From positions 1 through 32,544 of the forward strand of contig JALFBO010000106.1 of the NCBI GenBank assembly GCA_022772105.1: DNA of 32,544 nucleotides, written 5' to 3'. Source of the DNA: Erysipelotrichaceae bacterium (GTDB taxonomy: Bacteria; Bacillota_I; Bacilli_A; RFN20; CAG-449). The position numbers were made by a program, and so were the translations under genes. This document shows, piece after piece, positions 15,642-22,561 of this stretch (positions within the stretch are counted from its first letter, which is position 1; each line of letters opens with the position of its first letter). A model generated the notes under the pieces. It worked only from the letters and a program-made list of their open reading frames with translations. It searched no databases and was not told the origin of the DNA.

Positions 15642-17595
15642 GTTGTTTTACCTCCTCAATGAAAAAGTCACTTTTATCGGAAAAATCAATATTTTCGTTG
15701 ATCCATTGATATCTTGGTCCAGCATCTTTACCCATGAATAAATTAATCATTTCATTAGCTTTATTATCATCAGTAATAACAACTTGAAGTAATTTTCGAT
15801 ATTTTGGGTCCATTGTGGTCTTCCATAATTGCTCGGCATCCATTTCACCCAAACCTTTGTAACGATTAATGACATAGCCAGATCCAATTTTTTTCTTAGC
15901 TTCTTCTAACTCGAAATTATTCCAAGCATAAATCTCTGTCGTCTTCTTCCCTACCATTTTCATAACACGATATAAAGGTGGACAAGCAACATAAACGTGA
16001 CCTTCTTCAATAAGTGGTTTCATCTTTAAATAAAAGAAATTGATTAATAAATTTTGAATATGGGCTCCATCTGTATCAGCATCGGTCATAATTATTACTT
16101 TATCATAACGTAAATTCTTAATATTGAAATCTTTTCCCGTTCCAGTACCAATCGTATAAGCAAGGGTTGATAATTCCTCATTTTTCATAAATGCATCTTC
16201 TGCATCAGCTGATACATTTTTAGGTTTACCTCTTAAAGGTAAAAGACCTTGATAGCGTTTATCACGGCACTTTTTAGCGGATCCACCAGCAGAATCACCC
16301 TCAACGATAAATAATTCACATTTCTTATAATCTTTAGATTGAGGAGGAACTAGTTTACCACTTAACATCAATGTAGTTTTTTCATTGTCTTTAGGTGTTT
16401 GTTTTCTTACTTCCTCTTTAGCGCTTCTTGCAGCAAGGCGAGCTTTTTGTGATTCTAAGATTTTGGTGAAGATTTTAGAAGCATATTGCTTGTTTTCAAT
16501 CAAATATCTTGTTACTGAATTATATACAAGATTTTCCACGACATTTGCAGCTTCTGGAGTACCTAATTTTTCTTTAGTTTGTCCTTCAAATTGTATTTTT
16601 CCTTCTGGTATACGAACAGAAACCACACCTGTGATTCCTTCTCTTATGTCATTACCATCTAATTTTGTGCCATTTTTTATAATATTGTTTCTTGTAGCAT
16701 ATTCGTTAAATGCTTTGGTAATACCAGATCTATATCCTCTTACGTGAGACCCTTCTAAAACAGTAAAAATACTATTAGCAAAAGAATAAATCTTTTCTTC
16801 ATATTGATCTTCTAAGAATTGAAATGCAAATTCTGCTTTGATTTCACTAGAATAATCAGAAAACATTGCAATTGGATGTAAGCCTTTCTTTTTCTCATTT
16901 TTCTTTTGTAAGTATTCTTTAATCCCCTCTTGATAGAAGAATTCTTGTTTTTCTTTAGTTCTTTCATCATATAGATAAAAGTGAACACCATTTGCTTGAC
17001 AAGCAGAATTGTTTAATCTTTCAGCAATAATGTCAAACTTAAATTCTGGTTCAGGTAAATATCTTGAATCAGGTTTAAATCTGATGATAGACCCTCTTTT
17101 TGTAGTAGGACCAATCACTTTTGTACCGCTTCTTTTATCACCATTATTTTTATAAGAGGCATGATATTCAGTTCCATCTTTATAAACTGTAACCTCTAAC
17201 CATTCAGATAAAGCGTTGACACAGGCAGAACCAACTCCATGTAAACCAGCAGAAGATTTATAAGATGAAGAATCGAATTTTCCTCCTCCGTGAAGTGTAC
17301 AGAAAACGATGTCTAGACCATCCATTTTTTCTTGCTCATTATAATCACAAGGAATACCTCTACCTTCATCTTGAACTGAAATAGAACCATCTTTATATAT
17401 ATTTATATATATCTTTTTACCCCATCCAGATAATGCCTCATCGATTGCATTATCAATAGTTTCCCAGACTAAATGATGAGTACCACGCCAATCTGTGGAA
17501 CCAATATACATACCAGGTCTTTTTTTAACTGGTTCAAGACCTTTTAATATTTTAAGGGATGATGCGGTATATTTATTTTCTCTTAATTCGCTCAT
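15634..17595 (-). CDS. parE: DNA topoisomerase IV subunit B
   Basis: Motifs GLEPVKKRPGMYIGST, EGDSAGGSAKK, PLRGK and DADTDGAHI are present. SD is GAGAGGAGA. Confidence 0.9.
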   Translation of the reverse strand: MSELRENKYTASSLKILKGLEPVKKRPGMYIGSTDWRGTHHLVWETIDNAIDEALSGWGKKIYINIYKDGSISVQDEGRGIPCDYNEQEKMDGLDIVFCTLHGGGKFDSSSYKSSAGLHGVGSACVNALSEWLEVTVYKDGTEYHASYKNNGDKRSGTKVIGPTTKRGSIIRFKPDSRYLPEPEFKFDIIAERLNNSACQANGVHFYLYDERTKEKQEFFYQEGIKEYLQKKNEKKKGLHPIAMFSDYSSEIKAEFAFQFLEDQYEEKIYSFANSIFTVLEGSHVRGYRSGITKAFNEYATRNNIIKNGTKLDGNDIREGITGVVSVRIPEGKIQFEGQTKEKLGTPEAANVVENLVYNSVTRYLIENKQYASKIFTKILESQKARLAARSAKEEVRKQTPKDNEKTTLMLSGKLVPPQSKDYKKCELFIVEGDSAGGSAKKCRDKRYQGLLPLRGKPKNVSADAEDAFMKNEELSTLAYTIGTGTGKDFNIKNLRYDKVIIMTDADTDGAHIQNLLINFFYLKMKPLIEEGHVYVACPPLYRVMKMVGKKTTEIYAWNNFELEEAKKKIGSGYVINRYKGLGEMDAEQLWKTTMDPKYRKLLQVVITDDNKANEMINLFMGKDAGPRYQWINENIDFSDKSDFFIEEVKQHG

Positions 17596-17627
17596 ATCGT
17601 ATCTCCTCTCTCTTTTTTAACTTAATT

Positions 17628-17656
17628 ATTATACTCTTTTTTTCTTTTATTATCTA
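17628..17656 (-). promoter_or_regulatory. candidate sigma-A promoter of parE-parC (TAGATA-N17-TATAAT)
   Basis: The reverse complement of 17628-17633 is TATAAT, and that of 17651-17656 is TAGATA. The -10 lies 33 nt upstream of the parE ATG. Confidence 0.4.
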
Positions 17657-17702
17657 TATTAATAATGTATTATTAGTATAGTTTTTGGAGGAATTATATA
17701 AG

Positions 17703-18392
17703 ATGATGACTACTATTTTAAGGATAACATATTTATTATTACCAATTCTTATTGGATATTTTCTTGGATCAGTTAATAATGCAATTATTATCGGAAAAGT
17801 GTTTTTTAAAAAAGATCCACGAGATTATGGATCTAAAAATTCAGGTGGAACAAATGCTGGAAGAGTTTTTGGATATAAAATTGGTCTACTCGTCATCATT
17901 TTAGATATGATAAAAACTTTTGCACCAATGATTGTTCTTTATTTTGTTTATAAGAATACTATATGTTTGGAAGAAGCAGCTCGTTTTGTTGATTTTGATC
18001 AATACGCTATATATTTAGCAGGTATTGGTTCAACGCTTGGCCATTGTTTCCCTATTTATTATGGTTTTAAAGGCGGTAAAGCTGTTTCTACTCTAGGAGG
18101 AATATGCTTATTCACTTCTTGGTTTGTTACTTTAATTGGACTTGTTTCCTTTTTCCTTATACTAAAACTTAAAAAGTATGTTTCATTAGCATCAATATGT
18201 ACATCTATTGTCGTTGTTTTAGCGTCTATTGGAGCGATTTTCCTTCCTATTGGCATGAACTTTGGCATTAAAGCCAATTGGATGTATTCCCTATTTTTAG
18301 CGGTTATTTCCACATTATTAATCATTAGACATATTCCAAATATCAAAAGATTATTAAATCATTCTGAATCAAAGATTAAATGGATGAAGTAA
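17703..18392 (+). CDS. plsY: glycerol-3-phosphate acyltransferase PlsY
   Basis: Motifs GSKNSGGTNAGRVFG and HCFPIYYGFKGGKAVST are present in a polytopic membrane protein. GGAGG at 17687-17691 points to ATG 17703 rather than the tracked TTG 17685. Confidence 0.85.
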   Translation: MMTTILRITYLLLPILIGYFLGSVNNAIIIGKVFFKKDPRDYGSKNSGGTNAGRVFGYKIGLLVIILDMIKTFAPMIVLYFVYKNTICLEEAARFVDFDQYAIYLAGIGSTLGHCFPIYYGFKGGKAVSTLGGICLFTSWFVTLIGLVSFFLILKLKKYVSLASICTSIVVVLASIGAIFLPIGMNFGIKANWMYSLFLAVISTLLIIRHIPNIKRLLNHSESKIKWMK

Positions 18393-18396
18393 ATAA

Positions 18397-18426
18397 ATAG
18401 TATAATATTAGTATATAATTAGTATA
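18397..18426 (+). repeat. three 11-nt-phased octamers ATAGTATA ata TTAGTATA taa TTAGTATA starting 5 nt after the plsY stop
   Basis: Read directly. The units start at 18397, 18408 and 18419. The 17-mer TTAGTATATAATTAGTA (18408-18424) is identical to the minus strand of 25224-25240. Confidence 0.5.
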
Positions 18427-18440
18427 TATGAACTAATAAA

Positions 18441-18462
18441 AAATAAGTCCTAAGACTTATTT
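18441..18462. terminator. shared (bidirectional) terminator between convergent plsY and yneF
   Basis: Perfect 9-bp stem AAATAAGTC / GACTTATTT with loop CTAA. It has an A-run upstream and a T-rich run downstream, and it overlaps the yneF stop codon. Confidence 0.7.
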
Positions 18463-18666
18463 ATATTGGTTCATATTTTTCATTACTTGCTTAATTTGAG
18501 CTTCAGATGGCTTTCTACCCATTGATAGGAACATAGCTCTAATCATTTTTTCATTAATTGGAGGATTTTTTTGTAATTCTCTCTTCATTAACCATCTTGC
18601 TAATAAAAAACCTAATACTAATCCACCAATGAAGCCAAGACAAATATATAGAATTGTCCAACCCAT
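18457..18666 (-). CDS. yneF: UPF0154 family small membrane protein YneF
   Basis: A single N-terminal TM is followed by NPPINEKMIRAMFLSMGRKPSEAQIKQVMKNMN. SD GAGGTGAT lies before ATG 18666, so the tracked start at 18717 is too long. Confidence 0.75.
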   Translation of the reverse strand: MGWTILYICLGFIGGLVLGFLLARWLMKRELQKNPPINEKMIRAMFLSMGRKPSEAQIKQVMKNMNQYK

Positions 18667-18724
18667 AAAAATCACCTCATCGATATATATATTATATAAA
18701 AAAATATAATATTTCAAGGTTTTT

Positions 18725-19207
18725 TTATGAGTTAAATTCTACAAATATCATAGGCTCTTCTCCAAGAGTTTCTTGTACTGTATATATAATATCCACTACA
18801 TCATATTTTGTTGGATTTTGTTTGTGAACTAATACATTTATATTTACTTCTTGAATTTGAACAAAACAATGAGAATATCCTTTACTAATAATCGTATTTT
18901 CTAAGAGAAGCTCATTTTTCATCGTTTTTTCAATGTTATAAATAGAAGTTAAGGCGACTTCTTTTTCAGTATTTGTATAAGATGAGCAGCTTATTTCTCC
19001 TTGAAGTTCGGAAATAAGAAAATAATATCCTTCATCTCTATCGGTTTTGAGAGTATCAAAATATGCACTTGTTGGATCTGACACAACTTGTGCCACAGGT
19101 TCAGTTTTATTGGAAGAAGATGAAGCAAAAGGAATTAATACATAATATACAGACAGAAGAAGAACGATACTAAATAAGGATAAAAAAGCAACTAGTTGAC
19201 GATTCAT
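18725..19207 (-). CDS. spoIIIAH: SpoIIIAH-like protein (N-terminal TM plus ring-building-motif-like domain)
   Basis: I compared it with my remembered B. subtilis SpoIIIAH. FLSLFSIVLLLSVYYVLIP corresponds to LLTMLSLVVVLSVYYIMSP. YFDTLKTDRDEGY corresponds to FTTYRLDLEDARSKE. LENTIISKGYSHCFVQIQEVNINVLVHKQN corresponds to LETLIKTQGYEDALVNAEGDKINITVKSDK. The end IFVEFNS corresponds to VAVTFEPS. SD is GAGGGGA. Confidence 0.6.
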   Translation of the reverse strand: MNRQLVAFLSLFSIVLLLSVYYVLIPFASSSSNKTEPVAQVVSDPTSAYFDTLKTDRDEGYYFLISELQGEISCSSYTNTEKEVALTSIYNIEKTMKNELLLENTIISKGYSHCFVQIQEVNINVLVHKQNPTKYDVVDIIYTVQETLGEEPMIFVEFNS

Positions 19208-19257
19208 AATTAAAATCCCCTCTTCTAATATATATTAATTAACAAATCAAAATATGT

Positions 19258-19279
19258 AAAAAAAAAGGCCCAAAGGCCT
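19258..19279 (-). terminator. rho-independent terminator of efp
   Basis: The minus strand reads AGGCC-UUUG-GGCCU followed by U9 (A9 at 19258-19266 on the plus strand), starting 5 nt after the efp stop. Confidence 0.6.
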
Positions 19280-19284
19280 AATAT

Positions 19285-19845
19285 TTATTTTGCTCTAGAA
19301 TCATATGATCCATCGCTTGTACAAACGATGATTTCTTCATTATTCTCAACAAATAAAGGTACACGGACTTTAAGTCCTGTTTCAAGATACGCATCTTTTA
19401 ATGCTTTATTTACTGTGTCTCCTCTAACAGCTGGTTCACATTTTGTAATTAATAGAGTTACTTTTGCAGGTAATTCAACACCAAGAATTTCCCCATTTAA
19501 CATAGTAATTGTAACGATTGATTCTGGTTTTAAGAAATTTAATTCCCATTCAAGTCTCTCTTTTGGAATAGATACTTGGTCGTAAGTTTCAGTATCCATA
19601 AATACTAAACCATCACCATCATCATAAAGATATTGCATTTGTTTTTTGTCTAAATGAATTACTTCTACTTTATCTCCTCCGATAAAAGACATATCTAATG
19701 TAGCGCCTGTTTTTAAGTTTTTGGATTTAACTTTGACTTTCATTTTTGCCATAGCGGTCTTATTTAAATCAATATCAAGACAAGTATATGGTGTACCTTC
19801 CCAAACATAAGTGTTTCCTGGTCTTAATTCTGTTACGTTAATCAT
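19285..19845 (-). CDS. efp: elongation factor P with atypical beta3-beta4 loop
   Basis: It is collinear at full length with B. subtilis EF-P (MINVTELRPGN, MQYLYDDGDGLVFMD, VPLFVENNEEIIVCTSDGSYDSRAK). SD is AGGAGGA. Confidence 0.9.
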   Translation of the reverse strand: MINVTELRPGNTYVWEGTPYTCLDIDLNKTAMAKMKVKVKSKNLKTGATLDMSFIGGDKVEVIHLDKKQMQYLYDDGDGLVFMDTETYDQVSIPKERLEWELNFLKPESIVTITMLNGEILGVELPAKVTLLITKCEPAVRGDTVNKALKDAYLETGLKVRVPLFVENNEEIIVCTSDGSYDSRAK

Positions 19846-19854
19846 AAAATCCTC

Positions 19855-20259
19855 CTATTTTCTTTTGTATTTTACACAATTTTTGTAGAAGATGGAATAG
19901 AAATATAAGTAAGAAGTAAAAATTATGATTGAAAACAGGCAGATTTCTCCTTCTAAAAATAGAATATCATTAAATATAAGTTTTCTAATTGATGTTATTA
20001 AAATATAGATTATGATTCCAATTATGAAATAACTGTATAAAGACGATATATTATTAACTATTTTAATGAAAGATAGAAGAAATAAAAAAAGAAAAATCAC
20101 TAAAATTAATGCTATCATATTTTGAAAATATGAAGAATATAACTTGATGTTATGTGAGTAATATGGGCAAAAATTTAATAGATATGAAAGATCTAATAAT
20201 AGAACAAAAAAAGAGCTTGTAACTAGACAGATGATGATTCGATCTAAAATAATTATCAC
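19855..20259 (-). CDS. hypothetical polytopic membrane protein
   Basis: This is a 405-nt open frame in AT-rich DNA where stops are frequent, with about 4 hydrophobic segments. The only start is GTG 20259, which itself lies in a GAGGTG string. I recognised no family. Confidence 0.45.
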   Translation of the reverse strand: MIIILDRIIICLVTSSFFVLLLDLSYLLNFCPYYSHNIKLYSSYFQNMIALILVIFLFLFLLSFIKIVNNISSLYSYFIIGIIIYILITSIRKLIFNDILFLEGEICLFSIIIFTSYLYFYSIFYKNCVKYKRK

Positions 20260-20284
20260 CTCATCTATATTATGCCCTTTTTGC

Positions 20285-20908
20285 CTATTTTAAATATGGA
20301 TTCATTTCTTTTAATTGTTTGTAACTTAATGCTTTTTCATGACCAAAATAACATCTTGTATTATCATTAAAAGGATAAGACTTTATTTTTATTAAGGAAA
20401 GATACAATTCATTTTCATTACCCGTAGGAAGATCGCTTCTTCCAATACTTTCTCCAATTAATGTATCACCCGTAAAAAGTAGATTTTCTTCTTTAAAATA
20501 ATACATACAAGATCCTTTAGTATGACCGGGAGTATATATTACTTCAACTTGATATCCTTCAATTTGATATTTCCCTTCTTGTAATGGCTCTATAGTACAT
20601 GATGGAATATATGGATTTGATATAAAAGAAGAACAATTTAAAGATGGTTTAAAAAATAGTCTCTCTTCCAAAGCAAAAATATATACCTTACAAGATGGAA
20701 AATCTTTAATTAAATCATTTATTCCCATAATATGGTCAAAATGTCCATGAGTTATTAGGATAGAAGATATTCCGCCTATTTTTACTATATAATTATGAAT
20801 TGATTCATCGTAATATCCAGGATCAATTAATATATTTCCCTTTTCTCCACTTAGTATATATAAATTGCAAGAAAAAGCCTTAGCATTTACAAATTTTTGA
20901 ACAATCAT
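20285..20908 (-). CDS. MBL-fold metallo-hydrolase (YqgX/glyoxalase II-like)
   Basis: Motifs THGHFDH, TPGHTKGS and FTGDTL are present. Confidence 0.8.
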   Translation of the reverse strand: MIVQKFVNAKAFSCNLYILSGEKGNILIDPGYYDESIHNYIVKIGGISSILITHGHFDHIMGINDLIKDFPSCKVYIFALEERLFFKPSLNCSSFISNPYIPSCTIEPLQEGKYQIEGYQVEVIYTPGHTKGSCMYYFKEENLLFTGDTLIGESIGRSDLPTGNENELYLSLIKIKSYPFNDNTRCYFGHEKALSYKQLKEMNPYLK

Positions 20909-20940
20909 ATTTATAACCTACAAAAAAAAGAGCCGAAGCC

Positions 20941-21093
20941 CTATTTCTTTTCTTTGTGAACAGTCATTTTGTTACATTTACTACAGAATTTTTTAATTTC
21001 GAATTTTTCTGGATGATTACGTTTATTTTTTGTAGTAATGTAATTTTCATTGCTACATTCTGTACATCTTAGAATAATGTTATCACGTGGCAT
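20941..21093 (-). CDS. rpmG: 50S ribosomal protein L33, zinc-ribbon (C4) form; absent from the supplied ORF track
   Basis: My translation is [59 protein letters not shown] lies 7 nt upstream. It has CxxC...CxxC. Confidence 0.85.
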   Translation of the reverse strand: MPRDNIILRCTECSNENYITTKNKRNHPEKFEIKKFCSKCNKMTVHKEKK

Positions 21094-21166
21094 AATGACA
21101 CCTCCATCTCAACCTTTTGTATATTATCATAAAGACTTTAAAAATACTATAATTTTTTTTAATTAT

Positions 21167-21194
21167 TTTACATATTTTCTACTTTTGATATAAT
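21167..21194 (+). promoter_or_regulatory. candidate sigma-A promoter of ispG (TTTACA-N16-TATAAT)
   Basis: TTTACA at 21167-21172 and TATAAT at 21189-21194, 24 nt before ATG 21219. Confidence 0.45.
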
Positions 21195-21218
21195 AAATAT
21201 GATTCGAGGATGGTTAAT

Positions 21219-22274
21219 ATGGATAGAACAAATACAAAAAGAGTTAAAATAGGAAATGTTGTCATCGGTGGACAAAATAAAGTTTATATCCAATCAATGT
21301 GCAATATTAAGACTTCAAAAGTAAAATCTGTGGTAAAACAAATATTGGAATTAGAAGAACTTGGCTGCGATATTATTAGAGTATCTGTCTTAGATGAAAA
21401 AGATGCAAAAGCAATTAAAAAAATTAAAGAACAAATACATATTCCTCTTGTTGCTGATATTCATTTTTCTAGTAAACTTGCCCTTCTTGCTATTGATAGT
21501 GGCGCTTCTAAAATACGTTTAAACCCTGGAAATATCGAAAATGAGGCAGATATTGCCCGTATTATTACTAAATGTAAAGAAAAGGATATTGCAATAAGAA
21601 TAGGTGTTAATTCGGGTTCTTTACCAAAAAATAAATTTAAAGAAGCTGATTATAAAGTTACTTCATCATTAATGATTGATACATTAGATTCTTATATCAA
21701 AATTTTTGAAAAATATGATTTTGATAATCTAGTTCTCGCTTTAAAATCTTCTCATCCTTTAGTGTGTTTAGAAGCATATCGCATGGCATCTAAAAAATAT
21801 TCATACCCTCTTCATATAGGTGTTACAGAATCAAGTATTAAGGATGTGGGACTAATTAGATCAACTGTAGGACTTGCTCCTTTACTTTTAGAAGGTATTG
21901 GTGATACTATTAGAATTTCTTTATCAGATGATCCTCGTGAAGAAGTAATAGCTGCGAAAAGATTATTACATGATGTTGGATTATATGATGATTACTATAC
22001 TTTAATATCTTGCCCTACTTGTGGCCGCACGCAAGCCAATACTAAAAAAATTGCCACTAGTGTTATGAATTTGCTTGAAAAATATAATAAAAACATAACT
22101 GTTGCGGTAATGGGTTGTGTTGTTAATGGTGTTGGAGAAGGAAAAGCTGCTGATATTGGCATTGCTTGTTGTGGTAATAAGAAATATGTCATATTTAAGG
22201 ATGGCGAAATATTAAAAAGAACCGATTTAAATAATCTTCTTATTGATTTTGAAGAAGAAATCAAAAAAATGTAA
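21219..22274 (+). CDS. ispG: 4-hydroxy-3-methylbut-2-en-1-yl diphosphate synthase (flavodoxin) IspG/GcpE
   Basis: The core is VKIGNVVIGGQNKVYIQSM, IRVSV and PLVADIHF. The Fe-S cysteines are in CPTCGR and GCVVNGVGE. GAGGA at 21205-21209 favours ATG 21219 over 21210. Confidence 0.9.
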   Translation: MDRTNTKRVKIGNVVIGGQNKVYIQSMCNIKTSKVKSVVKQILELEELGCDIIRVSVLDEKDAKAIKKIKEQIHIPLVADIHFSSKLALLAIDSGASKIRLNPGNIENEADIARIITKCKEKDIAIRIGVNSGSLPKNKFKEADYKVTSSLMIDTLDSYIKIFEKYDFDNLVLALKSSHPLVCLEAYRMASKKYSYPLHIGVTESSIKDVGLIRSTVGLAPLLLEGIGDTIRISLSDDPREEVIAAKRLLHDVGLYDDYYTLISCPTCGRTQANTKKIATSVMNLLEKYNKNITVAVMGCVVNGVGEGKAADIGIACCGNKKYVIFKDGEILKRTDLNNLLIDFEEEIKKM

Positions 22275-22279
22275 ACCAA

Positions 22280-22561
22280 ATGAAAGTCACTCATAAAATA
22301 TTATGGGTGATTTTTTTAATGGATATTCTTACTTTTCTTTTTATCAAAAATTTAAATATTAATAAAGGAATCAAATTAGCCAAAGAAAATGGTGTTGATT
22401 TTTCTTTAAAAGAAGCAGAAATTATTGTTCCCTTTTTGAAAAATAATGCTCATCTAGTTTCATTAGAACATAAAAAAGAGTTATTAGACAAAATAAAACC
22501 AAATGTAAACGAAATTACATTTGGTAAAATACAACAATTACTTAAAAATTTACACTTTTAA
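22280..22561 (+). CDS. small protein, possibly DUF2624/YqfT-like
   Basis: It has an N-terminal hydrophobic segment and then a helical region (GVDFSLKEAEIIVPFLKNN...LLDKIKPNVNEITFGKIQQLLKNL) resembling my memory of B. subtilis YqfT. Its position between ispG (yqfY) and cshB (yqfR) fits that synteny. There is no clear SD, and its 3' end carries the cshB terminator. Confidence 0.5.
   Translation: MKVTHKILWVIFLMDILTFLFIKNLNINKGIKLAKENGVDFSLKEAEIIVPFLKNNAHLVSLEHKKELLDKIKPNVNEITFGKIQQLLKNLHF
22490..22525 (-). terminator. terminator of the apt...cshB operon, embedded in the convergent small CDS
   Basis: Perfect 11-bp stem ACCAAATGTAA (22498-22508) / TTACATTTGGT (22515-22525) with loop ACGAAA. On the minus strand it is followed by UUUAUUUU (22490-22497). 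Confidence 0.65.

Noticed and set aside
13026-17595. Possibility that the type II topoisomerase pair is gyrB-gyrA
   Set aside because: The A subunit has the ParC-type FGRYSKY N-terminal motif rather than the GyrA type. There is no dnaA/dnaN/recF context. The plsY-parE-parC order matches Bacillus topo IV.
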